Below are positions 16,881 to 24,596 of a DNA stretch of 33,460 nt, piece after piece. The position numbers were made by a program, and so were the translations under genes. The notes under the pieces were generated by a model. It had not been told where the DNA came from, ran no database searches, and saw nothing but the letters and a program-made list of their open reading frames with translations. The first letter of the stretch is position 1; each line of letters starts with the position of its first letter. This stretch comes from a virus (Duplodnaviria; Caudoviricetes), in the IMG/VR virus record IMGVR_UViG_3300014656_000085, positions 1-33,460 of that record; one strand, given 5' to 3'.

Positions 16881-17768
16881 TCACTCTTTTCTTTTTGTAT
16901 TAACTAAAAAACGCTTATTTCGCTCGTAAGTTGCTCTATCATATTCTTTCCAAGAGCAATTAACATGACGATTGTTCCACCGTTCAAACGCTTTTTGGTA
17001 CGGATCCTGTTTGTTATATGGCATAACCCAAGCGTCTAAACCAAGATCACGGATTGCCATAACTCTGTCTAAGTCTTCTTGTTCTGTGGACCAGTAGCCG
17101 ATTAGAACGTAAACCATGATTTTTGATTTGCCTAGCTGTTCTGCCATTCGCTTTAGGTTACTTCTTAAATCTTCTTTTGGGTTATCCCACGCTGTCCGAT
17201 ATTGCTTCCAAGGGTATAATACTTCTAAGGCTTCTCCAAATTTATCTCGCCAAATTCTCGCGTCAAAACCACATTGAAAGTCAATAGGGTGCCTAAAGGT
17301 AACAAGGTAATCTATCGCGTCTTGCCACAGTCGGTTCCCAAAGAAATTATTATCCATAACCGAAACGTATTCAGCGTTAAGGTTTTCATTCTTCGGAGTT
17401 ACTGGATGGATCACGCCTTCGCTTGTCGGAACCACGCAAAACGGACATTGCCTAAAACATCCTCGGCTAAACCAGAGGTAAGTTGTTTTACATTTCGGAT
17501 AAAGAGAGTAGTCAAGATCGCAAACTTCTATTTCTGGCGGAAGTTTTGAACAAACATTGAATCCTGTTCCACCCGCAATCATTTTAGGTCTTAGAACGGG
17601 TTTCTTGGTGAAAGTGAACAATGACGCGACGTATATCTTGTCATATTGGTCGTAGTAAAGTGGTGAGTACCATTCTATACTATCGCCTCGTTGCTTGTGA
17701 TATTGACTAATTTGCATTAATGCCGTGTTTTCTATTCTTGGCTCAAGATTCCAAAGAGCTATCCGCAT
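16881..17768 (-). CDS. Radical SAM protein
   Basis: SRGCFRQCPFC (CxxxCxxC), MDNNF, GFDAR and YVLIGY; N-terminal N.ALM.IS.YHK.RGD. Confidence 0.9.
   Translation of the reverse strand: MRIALWNLEPRIENTALMQISQYHKQRGDSIEWYSPLYYDQYDKIYVASLFTFTKKPVLRPKMIAGGTGFNVCSKLPPEIEVCDLDYSLYPKCKTTYLWFSRGCFRQCPFCVVPTSEGVIHPVTPKNENLNAEYVSVMDNNFFGNRLWQDAIDYLVTFRHPIDFQCGFDARIWRDKFGEALEVLYPWKQYRTAWDNPKEDLRSNLKRMAEQLGKSKIMVYVLIGYWSTEQEDLDRVMAIRDLGLDAWVMPYNKQDPYQKAFERWNNRHVNCSWKEYDRATYERNKRFLVNTKRKE
16884..16909. repeat. 26-nt exact direct repeat, copy 1 (CTCTTTTCTTTTTGTATTAACTAAAA)
   Basis: Identical at 19230-19255. Confidence 0.9.
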
Positions 17769-17790
17769 TTTTCAGTTCTCCTATATTGAC

Positions 17791-17949
17791 TTAAAACCTG
17801 TCATGCCTAGTTGCCCCGCAAAAAGGACAAGCGTGCTCCACCTTCTCGCCAATCACCACTTGAACAGCCTCACTTTTAGTGTAATAATTTCCACATATCC
17901 AACAATGGCGTTTCGGTTCAGGTTTCTTTTCGGTTGATTCTGTAGACAT
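17791..17949 (-). CDS. 52-aa Zn-ribbon protein
   Basis: Hand-translated MSTEST...HCWICG...ACPFCGA. Confidence 0.55.
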   Translation of the reverse strand: MSTESTEKKPEPKRHCWICGNYYTKSEAVQVVIGEKVEHACPFCGATRHDRF

Positions 17950-18142
17950 GAGGACTCTTCCACTCCATAAAGTCGAAAGCGACTAATGCGTTAATCCAGT
18001 TGTTTACTGAGCGGTCGTCGGCTATGTCGCGGACATTCATTATGATGTTTCTGAGTTTGCCTTCTGCTATTTCGTTTTGGAAACCGAGTTTCTGGCATTC
18101 TTCGAGGATTTTATTGCATTTGTCTCGCGCCTTCACACACAT
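17918..18142 (-). CDS. Putative winged-helix DNA-binding protein
   Basis: Helix-turn-helix-like DDRSVNNWINALV followed by a beta hairpin (FMEW...VYRI); start uncertain. Confidence 0.5.
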   Translation of the reverse strand: MCVKARDKCNKILEECQKLGFQNEIAEGKLRNIIMNVRDIADDRSVNNWINALVAFDFMEWKSPHVYRINRKET

Positions 18143-18172
18143 ACACCTACACACACAAATCAGCGTAAGATG

Positions 18173-18186
18173 TATATAAAACTTTT
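18173..18186 (-). promoter_or_regulatory. Putative archaeal promoter AAAAGTTTTATATA
   Basis: About 30 nt upstream of ATG 18142. Confidence 0.55.
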
Positions 18187-18208
18187 AGAGTGGCGGGGTT
18201 GCTTGCCA

Positions 18209-18541
18209 TCAACAAGAATTTTTTAGGTGCGCTCTCCCCACTCTCCTAAAAACATGAACCCAAAACTTTTCTTCTAGATCCTCAAATTTCCGTCTTGGGT
18301 GAATCTGGCACCAAGTTAATTGAAAGTCACCTATGGATTCAAACCCTTCAGCTTTCCACTCCATAATTATGTTTTTCAATGGCAATAGAAATGGATCATT
18401 AAGTAATTTAAACTCGGCACCGAAAGCAGTAAAAGTATCGCCTTTTTTGCCATATCGTTTAGTTCTGCTTGTCATATATTTTGTTCCATTTAGCATAGGT
18501 TCACGGAATCTTTCTAAAAAGGGAATTTTAACTTCCGCCAT
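18209..18541 (-). CDS. ASCH (PUA-like) domain protein
   Basis: F...F...MLNG.K..T.R....GD.F...EGF.S..DF...W..IH. Confidence 0.75.
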   Translation of the reverse strand: MAEVKIPFLERFREPMLNGTKYMTSRTKRYGKKGDTFTAFGAEFKLLNDPFLLPLKNIIMEWKAEGFESIGDFQLTWCQIHPRRKFEDLEEKFWVHVFRRVGRAHLKNSC

Positions 18542-18547
18542 TACAAA

Positions 18548-18760
18548 TCAAACCTCTTTCCCATTTGCCTTCAACCAACGCTTATGCTTATCCACACACG
18601 CCTGACTCCTCGCGCAGTTTGGGCATAGCCCCTGATACTTCTTGTAAGCCCGCTTCCGATACTGCGCTCCGCATCGTCTGCAATAATTGTTGTGGAAGAA
18701 TATTATGCTGACTGTGCCCTCAGTGGTCTTCAGCTTGCCCGTGACGCTTAACCCAGTCAC
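18548..18760 (-). CDS. Small Zn-finger protein
   Basis: YCRRCG...GLCPNC. Confidence 0.6.
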   Translation of the reverse strand: MTGLSVTGKLKTTEGTVSIIFFHNNYCRRCGAQYRKRAYKKYQGLCPNCARSQACVDKHKRWLKANGKEV

Positions 18761-18764
18761 CTTC

Positions 18765-19052
18765 TTACACCTCGTAGTACATCGGCTTCTCGCACCGCTG
18801 ATTGCACCCTTCGCTTGACGCGCAGAGCTGATAACGCCTTTTCTTTCCCCTTGAATAGTACACCATGCGCAACTTTTTCAGTTCGCAGACGCCGGGGTAA
18901 GCGCAGAACGGCGGCTTAACATACACACCGTTCAAACCATGTTTCGCCACTTTAACATTTTCCTTTAAACTTTTGAGGGCTATCTCCGCGAATTTGCTAG
19001 TTCCTTCCTCGAGGTTGCGCTTGAAAAGTTTAAACTCTTCAAAATCACTCAT
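18765..19052 (-). CDS. Hypothetical Cys-containing protein
   Basis: ORF in the co-oriented block. Confidence 0.6.
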   Translation of the reverse strand: MSDFEEFKLFKRNLEEGTSKFAEIALKSLKENVKVAKHGLNGVYVKPPFCAYPGVCELKKLRMVYYSRGKKRRYQLCASSEGCNQRCEKPMYYEV

Positions 19053-19089
19053 TCTTTTCCTTCCTTTTTAATTACACTGAACTGAAAAC

Positions 19090-19221
19090 CTAATAGTTTT
19101 CTTTGTAATGACAAACAGAACATTCCCAAACTTCATCTCCATTTTCATCACCGTAACACAGCATCTCTTCTCCACAAACAGGACAGAATACATAATCGTT
19201 GCCACTTTCACTTATTCTCAT
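19090..19221 (-). CDS. 43-aa Zn-ribbon protein
   Basis: Hand-translated FCPVCG...WECSVCHY; ATGA overlap. Confidence 0.6.
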   Translation of the reverse strand: MRISESGNDYVFCPVCGEEMLCYGDENGDEVWECSVCHYKENY

Positions 19222-19565
19222 TTTGGTTCCTCTTTTCTTTTTGTATTAACTAAAAGCTTCTTTTGGTAAGGATCATCCATTCCTTTCTCAGAAGGTGTTT
19301 TTTCATAAAGTTTCCTATTAACCATACTTTCCCATCCCTTTGGAAATCGTCTAATAACTCTGCGCGTTTTTCCCCCAACTTGATAATAATACAAATCATC
19401 TTCAAAATGATAATAGAAGTCTCCTACCTCACAATATTTTCGTACAAGTTTTTCTGGAACTTCCCCCTTGAAATCAGGTAGCGGTGCATATTCCCAATAT
19501 AAATGAAAGAAGTATGGCTTCCAGATCGGATCATCCTTATATCCACATTTAGGGCAAATCTTCAA
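19218..19565 (-). CDS. CPKCGY.D.PIW family protein
   Basis: TTG start overlaps the upstream TGA; paralog of 25231-25557. Confidence 0.65.
   Translation of the reverse strand: MKICPKCGYKDDPIWKPYFFHLYWEYAPLPDFKGEVPEKLVRKYCEVGDFYYHFEDDLYYYQVGGKTRRVIRRFPKGWESMVNRKLYEKTPSEKGMDDPYQKKLLVNTKRKEEPK
19230..19255. repeat. 26-nt exact direct repeat, copy 2
   Basis: Identical to 16884-16909. Confidence 0.9.
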
Positions 19566-19879
19566 GTAAACGCCTCCAAGCGACTGTGAACTATCATGCG
19601 CCACCTCTCCCAACACCAGCGCCAAAGATCGACCTTCCGCAAGTTGTTACTTCCAATTTCAGAAGGAATCTCGCCAACTGGTTCCGCGATGCCATTCGCT
19701 TTTAGCTTCGCAAAGAAACTGCCGATGTCGTGCTGGGGATCAGCCATATCCGCATCTAGCCCCGCCTCTCGGAAATCGTCAGAACTAAAATACTCTAAGC
19801 CCATGTCGGCGCAGTGGATCATCAGCTTGCGCGTGGCTTCAATGTCGCTGTCGGATAGGGCAAAATCAAACCTACTCAT
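19562..19879 (-). CDS. Hypothetical protein, possibly winged-helix
   Basis: FSSDDFR...IGSFFAKL...GI...G...S....R...W pattern. Confidence 0.55.
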   Translation of the reverse strand: MSRFDFALSDSDIEATRKLMIHCADMGLEYFSSDDFREAGLDADMADPQHDIGSFFAKLKANGIAEPVGEIPSEIGSNNLRKVDLWRWCWERWRMIVHSRLEAFT

Positions 19880-20283
19880 TTCCCGAGAGCCTCCCGCAAC
19901 CGCCTAATCCATAAACAAACGCCTTTAGCGTAAACACTTTTTTCCTCAAACTCGTTTAGGCTTTTGTTGGCTTCCGCGATTCGCCCCTCCACCTCTTTTA
20001 TCCGTTCTTGTTGCTTTCTGTTTGCTTTTGTCCAAAACTCAATATTTGACTTAAAGCTATCTCGTTCCCATTTGTGTTCTGAGCGTAGCTTCAGGTTTTC
20101 CTCTTGCAGATGGTTTGCTGCTTTAGCGTTGTTGTCGCGTTCAACCTCTAGCTTCTCAGCAACATCAAGCCTAACCCATCTTTGCGATACTGCTTTATTC
20201 ATAGCAATGTCGTCAACATCTTCGAGAGATATTACTTCATTTCGTATTTGGAGAAAAGTTTTGGCTTTTTCAGGTAAACTCAT
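19876..20283 (-). CDS. Coiled-coil hypothetical protein
   Basis: ORF track; coupled overlaps. Confidence 0.6.
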   Translation of the reverse strand: MSLPEKAKTFLQIRNEVISLEDVDDIAMNKAVSQRWVRLDVAEKLEVERDNNAKAANHLQEENLKLRSEHKWERDSFKSNIEFWTKANRKQQERIKEVEGRIAEANKSLNEFEEKSVYAKGVCLWIRRLREALGK

Positions 20284-20393
20284 TTTTTTGCCTTCTCCTT
20301 CCTCTCACCCAACACCATCAGCACCCAACCCAACAAAAAGATTCCCGCCAATAGGGGCCACAGTAGCAGAATCAGCAGGCGATTACGCTTCAT
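20280..20393 (-). CDS. 37-aa single-TM microprotein
   Basis: Hand-translated MKRNRLLILLLWPLLAGIFLLGWVLMVLGERKEKAKK. Confidence 0.55.
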   Translation of the reverse strand: MKRNRLLILLLWPLLAGIFLLGWVLMVLGERKEKAKK

Positions 20394-20529
20394 TTTTCTT
20401 TCTCCTTTTCTTCTTTGCTTGTGTCATTTCTGGGCATGCTTCAAGCCACTTCATGTCGCCTTCTAAACATCTTTGCCAATACATCTGATGAAAACAGTTA
20501 AACCTTAAATCCCAAAAACATCTTGTCAT
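20383..20529 (-). CDS. 48-aa Cys-containing microprotein
   Basis: Hand-translated MTRCFWDLRFNC...; fills the operon gap. Confidence 0.45.
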   Translation of the reverse strand: MTRCFWDLRFNCFHQMYWQRCLEGDMKWLEACPEMTQAKKKRRKKNEA

Positions 20530-20731
20530 ATTCAAGTTCCTCTAAAAGTTCATCTAATAGGTCTTTCCATGCGCAATTATAATGGATTTTGCGTTTTTGT
20601 TCAAGCCACTTTATAATTGCTTTTCGTGTAGGCTCAAAATCAAGTTCCACATCGTCTTGTTCGTCTGCCGATAGAGAAACCCTATATGCTTCATGGTATT
20701 CTTTATCCCAAAGTTGTTTTAGTGTTTTCAT
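20498..20731 (-). CDS. Hypothetical protein, WLEQKR family
   Basis: MKTLKQ...WLEQKR...LLDELLEEL; start trimmed by comparison with its paralog. Confidence 0.65.
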   Translation of the reverse strand: MKTLKQLWDKEYHEAYRVSLSADEQDDVELDFEPTRKAIIKWLEQKRKIHYNCAWKDLLDELLEELEYDKMFLGFKV

Positions 20732-20855
20732 TTTCCATCTTTCTCCATTTTCCACAGTAGCCGCCGCCGCCATGCGTGCACAAATAAGCGTCATCTCGAT
20801 AATACTCGCAGGTTTTACTGTATTTACAGCGCCAGGGAAATATGCAACCACTCAT
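20703..20855 (-). CDS. Cys-rich microprotein (C..GGGGYCG.WR)
   Basis: Paralog of 14260-14403. Confidence 0.65.
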   Translation of the reverse strand: MSGCIFPWRCKYSKTCEYYRDDAYLCTHGGGGYCGKWRKMENENTKTTLG

Positions 20856-21001
20856 GGTTCTATCTGCCTCAGACAAGTAAACCACCAACCTGAGTTTTCA
20901 CAATATTTTCCCTGTTTGTTCCAGGGACATCTTAGGCGTGCGCAATCAAACATTCTCGGCTGCGAATCCTTACTCGCGGGAATAACCTGAGTAGCTGTCA
21001 T
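20852..21001 (-). CDS. 49-aa Cys-rich microprotein MTATQV...
   Basis: Hand-translated; follows the AAGGTGA RBS repeat. Confidence 0.55.
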   Translation of the reverse strand: MTATQVIPASKDSQPRMFDCARLRCPWNKQGKYCENSGWWFTCLRQIEP

Positions 21002-21017
21002 TTTAGCTTTTCACCTT
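20998..21017 (-). repeat. 20-nt RBS/start repeat, copy 2
   Basis: Identical to 16342-16361. Confidence 0.9.
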
Positions 21018-21098
21018 TGTTTCTGAGATATGTGTCCCACACTTACAATATCCATTTGAGTGCCAATCATGTTTATGTCGTTCTTTTTTTGTTGTCAA
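21003..21098 (-). CDS. 31-aa microprotein MTTKKE...KVKS
   Basis: Hand-translated; TTG start after the RBS repeat; H.H.W...CKCG.H. Confidence 0.5.
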   Translation of the reverse strand: MTTKKERHKHDWHSNGYCKCGTHISETKVKS

Positions 21099-21114
21099 TT
21101 TAGCTTTTCACCTT
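21095..21114 (-). repeat. 20-nt RBS/start repeat, copy 3 (1 mismatch)
   Basis: AAGGTGAAAAGCTAAATTGA. Confidence 0.85.
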
Positions 21115-21222
21115 TTCAGGTTGGTTGGATAATCCACATCCTTGGCTACTATGTCTTTTTTTAGACCTATTAACCCAGTCATAAGCTCTTTTTACGGTAA
21201 GAGGTTCTTTTTTTGTTGTCAT
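21100..21222 (-). CDS. 40-aa microprotein MTTKKE...KVKS
   Basis: Hand-translated; ATGA overlap with the upstream gene. Confidence 0.5.
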   Translation of the reverse strand: MTTKKEPLTVKRAYDWVNRSKKRHSSQGCGLSNQPEKVKS

Positions 21223-21401
21223 TTTTCCGCCTTCTTTTCCACCAAACTTTTAGTGTAAGACTTCAAAAACATGGCAATCTCATCTAACGCAAGCCACGGG
21301 TCAACCTCTGAGTTTTCATTCAACAAGATTCCATCAATGGTGCAGTCAAAGCCTTTTTTAATTAGCATAGCTTTTTGATAAAGTTTCTCATTTATCGGCA
21401 T
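21219..21401 (-). CDS. Hypothetical protein
   Basis: ORF track; in operon. Confidence 0.55.
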   Translation of the reverse strand: MPINEKLYQKAMLIKKGFDCTIDGILLNENSEVDPWLALDEIAMFLKSYTKSLVEKKAEK

Positions 21402-21549
21402 TTTTTAATTCCTTCTTTTCCTTTAACGCTTCAATTCCCCGTTGAATGACAAGCTTCACAACTTCCGTAATATCCGATTTATGCTCTAACGCGTAGTAGG
21501 CGATCCAAGCGAAGTCGTCGTCAGTGAAGTAAACATTTTTTGTTGGCAT
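21388..21549 (-). CDS. Ribbon-helix-helix protein
   Basis: MPTKNVYFTDDD...A......ITEVVKLVIQRGI; GGAGGTGA RBS before ATG 21549. Confidence 0.65.
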   Translation of the reverse strand: MPTKNVYFTDDDFAWIAYYALEHKSDITEVVKLVIQRGIEALKEKKELKNADK

Positions 21550-21679
21550 TATTCTCTTGTCACCTCCACATGACCGCATTGAGGACAAATATTTCTTCGG
21601 CTATCCCAAGTACGCGTCATAATTATCATATGGAAAATGCGCCAGCAGTAGCGACAAGCTCCTTTTGGTTTATAGTCAA

Positions 21680-21889
21680 TCATGGTCTCCACCTCAAATT
21701 CTTAAACTCAGGGAATAAGAACCGTGCGTGTGCCTCACCAATTTTGTCACCGTAATCTCGGACTTTCTGAACGCCATTGCTTACTTTACCAACGTAGCAA
21801 GCCCAATCTCCCACTGCGCCTTCCACAGCCACATAGAGGTTATTGTATTCTTGTACGGTTAAAACCAATTTTTCTTTTTGTGCTGTCAT
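21680..21889 (-). CDS. Hypothetical protein, first gene of the leftward block
   Basis: GAVGDWACY...YGDK....AR.LFP; follows a TATA box. Confidence 0.65.
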   Translation of the reverse strand: MTAQKEKLVLTVQEYNNLYVAVEGAVGDWACYVGKVSNGVQKVRDYGDKIGEAHARFLFPEFKNLRWRP

Positions 21890-21928
21890 TTCTTTTAACC
21901 TTCTTGTTGTTATAGTAATAACAAGTAG

Positions 21929-21942
21929 TATTTATAATTTGC
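21929..21942 (-). promoter_or_regulatory. Putative leftward archaeal promoter GCAAATTATAAATA
   Basis: About 40 nt upstream of ATG 21889. Confidence 0.55.
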
Positions 21943-21987
21943 TGTACAAAAACAGACGTGTAAAAAGTAAACTATGTTGCAAAATGT

Positions 21988-22009
21988 AAAGGCTTATATG
22001 TGGTAAGCC
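21988..22009 (+). promoter_or_regulatory. Putative rightward promoter AAAGGCTTATAT overlapped by inverted repeat GGCTTA-N7-TAAGCC
   Basis: Lies in the divergent intergenic region; the inverted repeat is seen directly. Confidence 0.45.
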
Positions 22010-22106
22010 GTTAAATAAGAAACCAGTTATCCCTTCAAAAGATTTTTCCGCTATTCGCGGCAAGCGAACGCGGACATCAGCAAATCGCATCGAGGGAAAA
22101 CCATAA

Positions 22107-22373
22107 ATGGTATACAACGGAAAAAGAAGTGAAGAAGCCTTGCAGAGGCGCATGCAACGGAAAGCCGCACGCAAGTACATCTTCACCATGAGCTTCAACG
22201 ACACGCTAATCGCAGAAAGCATCAGTCGCACTGACCCCGCTGAAGTACAAGCGTTTCTCGGCGAGGCTTTTGGGGTTTGCGAGCAGAGTGCGGTTCCATG
22301 CACTTTTAAAGGCGTCGTGCTTTCAGATGCGTATGGGAATGGTGTGTTTCAGAAGGTGACAACCCAAAAATGA
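22107..22373 (+). CDS. Hypothetical protein
   Basis: First ORF of the rightward block; ATGA-coupled to the next gene. Confidence 0.55.
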   Translation: MVYNGKRSEEALQRRMQRKAARKYIFTMSFNDTLIAESISRTDPAEVQAFLGEAFGVCEQSAVPCTFKGVVLSDAYGNGVFQKVTTQK

Positions 22374-22579
22374 GCGAACAATACGCCTATTCTTCTGGTT
22401 ACACTTGTGGTAGCTGTGGTGTATGGGTTCCTTATGGGCAAGAACATTATTGCGGTGGCACAGCCACAACCACATTCACATATCCTTGCTGTGTTTGCTT
22501 TCATCAACTTCAGCAATTACTCGATAAACTTGACAAACTTCTTAACTTGCTTGAAAAGAGGGAAAAGAAAGATGCGTAG
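22370..22579 (+). CDS. Small Zn-binding/coiled-coil protein
   Basis: CGSCG.W....HYC, CCVC, then leucine heptads. Confidence 0.55.
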   Translation: MSEQYAYSSGYTCGSCGVWVPYGQEHYCGGTATTTFTYPCCVCFHQLQQLLDKLDKLLNLLEKREKKDA

Positions 22580-22736
22580 TTTTTGCGGTTGGGCAATCGC
22601 CACGCCTCGAGGTGAAGTGGTTGGACAGAATCGAAAGAATCTTGGAAAGGTGGCGCGACAGGTGGCGGAAGGAGAAACGCGTTGAAGCTAACAAACGTAA
22701 ACGCAAAAAAAGGAAGCGGGAGGTGAAACGCAAAAA

Positions 22737-23075
22737 ATGCCAGTAATTAAAACTAAAATGTCAAAGTCCGCATGGATACTGATCGCGTTGCTAATCGTCG
22801 CCATAATTGCCTTGCCACTGTTGCATTTCGTAGGCGTTATTGATCTCAGCTTCATAGGTGAAGGCTTCCTCGGCATTCTAATATGGGCTTCAGAATCCGT
22901 CCTCAATGGCATACTATTCACGGGCGGCGTGTTCCTCGGCGGCGTTTTAACTTGGTATACGATAAAGAAATACATAGTTGGCACCCAAGTTCCAGTCGTC
23001 GCTCCATACATTCCGCAAGGACAGACAATCAGCCAGCCTCAACAGCAACAAGAAGAAACGGTGGTTAGCTCATGA
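22737..23075 (+). CDS. Membrane protein (2-3 hydrophobic segments)
   Basis: GGAGGTGA RBS; hydrophobic stretches; ATGA overlap with the GTPase gene. Confidence 0.75.
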   Translation: MPVIKTKMSKSAWILIALLIVAIIALPLLHFVGVIDLSFIGEGFLGILIWASESVLNGILFTGGVFLGGVLTWYTIKKYIVGTQVPVVAPYIPQGQTISQPQQQQEETVVSS

Positions 23076-24175
23076 GCTTTACTCAACGCTTAAAAGACTT
23101 TGTGGGTTGGGAAGACGAGCAGAAAAACGTTGATGCAGGACAAATCTTAGACACGAAAGTCACGAAGAAAACTGTTGTTGCCATCGGCACGATGCGTGCG
23201 GGCAAAACCACCCATTTCGCAGGATTAGGCGCAACCGCACAGTACAAAGCATCAGAATCCGCCAAGTCAGACAGTAGATTCCGCGCCATAATACAGGAAG
23301 GCGCAACTAACATTCTGGACGACATTGCAGAACTCAGAGGCGGTCATTTTCCAGAAGCCACCAAACTCATAACGAGCACAACAATTAGACCTGGCTTCAC
23401 ATTCGAATGGGAAGAGCCAACGTTCTTCGGCAGCAAATGGTTCACTGTGAAACGTCAAGCATCAATGCCAGTCATCGACTTTGCAGGCGAGCAGCTTGTT
23501 CAGTTAATACATAAAGTTCGTGCAGCAAGAACCCTGGAGCAAGCCTCAGCGATTCAAGGCACAGATCAGCTGACAAACACGGTTCACCAATGCAGCGCGT
23601 TGCTTCCCGTAATCAACGCGGAGCGAGCAGAGGGCTTACCCATTTTTAAGCCAGAGCCCTTCGAGAAAGTAACAGGGTTAAGTAAGCACCCTGACGTTAA
23701 CTTGCAAAGGATGCTTTCGCCAATCATAGAGTATAAACATGACAATAAAGCTTACACACCACCGCTTGAACGAGTCGCCCTAGTTATAACAGCATGCGAC
23801 GTGCTGTTCCCAATCGCGCAGCTCATCAGCAACCATACTGGACGCCCATTTGACCCATTGAATCCTGAGATTAGCAACCAGTCGCTGGACACGTTTATGA
23901 AAGCGTTTTTCCCAGGCACCCATAGCCTCGTTCACAGCTTGAACGTGAAGGTGCAGTATTTTCCCAGCTTTTTTGAGTTGGAGAAAGACGTGAAAGGAGC
24001 AGTGCAATATTGGAACCCTGAAGAAACAGATCCTGTGAAGAGGAATCCGAAAATCAAGCGTGGAAACATCTTTGACAGCCCAGATTGGGAGCACAACGTT
24101 AACCGTCCTAAGTTTAGTGAGTACTGGTTTAACCGTGAAATCGAATGGCTGAAAGAGTTCGCTACAATGGTGTAA
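23072..24175 (+). CDS. TRAFAC-class P-loop GTPase (DO-GTPase-like)
   Basis: G1 GTMRAGKT, G2 FPEAT, G3 DFAGE, G4-like VITACD. Confidence 0.8.
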   Translation: MSFTQRLKDFVGWEDEQKNVDAGQILDTKVTKKTVVAIGTMRAGKTTHFAGLGATAQYKASESAKSDSRFRAIIQEGATNILDDIAELRGGHFPEATKLITSTTIRPGFTFEWEEPTFFGSKWFTVKRQASMPVIDFAGEQLVQLIHKVRAARTLEQASAIQGTDQLTNTVHQCSALLPVINAERAEGLPIFKPEPFEKVTGLSKHPDVNLQRMLSPIIEYKHDNKAYTPPLERVALVITACDVLFPIAQLISNHTGRPFDPLNPEISNQSLDTFMKAFFPGTHSLVHSLNVKVQYFPSFFELEKDVKGAVQYWNPEETDPVKRNPKIKRGNIFDSPDWEHNVNRPKFSEYWFNREIEWLKEFATMV

Positions 24176-24179
24176 AACT

Positions 24180-24596
24180 ATGAAGTCTGGGCAGTTTTAT
24201 CGTGGCAAAATCGACGGCATCCAAAAACACTATGAGTCACCAGACCTTGACAAACTGCTTCCCCCAGATAAACTAAGCGTGCTTGCAGACTACTTCTTTG
24301 TGGGCGAATACTCTCATTTCTTTAGAGAAGAACACGTGTTAACCCGAACGGTTGTCACTGAGGCTGAGAATAGCGACGGCAGAGAAGGCGGCATAATCAA
24401 CCACACAGTTCTATACCGCTTTGGCCACGCCGTCACGCATGAAACCGCACAGTACATCTTTAACATAGACGCTTTTATCGCTGAGATACGAGAAGGTAAA
24501 CGAAAATTCAAAATGCCAGATGCGCCTATGTTGCCAGAAGGCGACTCGATAATTATTGATTTGCCTCCACCAATAGAGTGGGAGGTGGACTTTTGA
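24180..24596 (+). CDS. GAP1-N2-like GTPase-associated protein
   Basis: Q.Y.G...G.....SPDL N-terminus and DGREG...NHTVL, resembling the D..GR.G...H motif of GAP1-N domains; adjacent to the GTPase. Confidence 0.55.
   Translation: MKSGQFYRGKIDGIQKHYESPDLDKLLPPDKLSVLADYFFVGEYSHFFREEHVLTRTVVTEAENSDGREGGIINHTVLYRFGHAVTHETAQYIFNIDAFIAEIREGKRKFKMPDAPMLPEGDSIIIDLPPPIEWEVDF

Noticed and set aside
20998-21222. Repeat-spacer pattern as a mini-CRISPR array
   Set aside because: Intervals are long and unequal (units of about 97 and 124 nt), the repeat is an RBS plus start codon, the intervals are open reading frames, and there are no cas genes.
15604-21915. Plus-strand ORFs in the leftward block (e.g. 19596-19907, 19964-20488, 20589-20990)
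   Set aside because: They are antisense to a continuous, translationally coupled - strand operon.
23072-24175. P-loop protein as a replication helicase or packaging ATPase
   Set aside because: It has DxxG and G4-like motifs of GTPases rather than an hhhhDE Walker B, and TerL is encoded separately.
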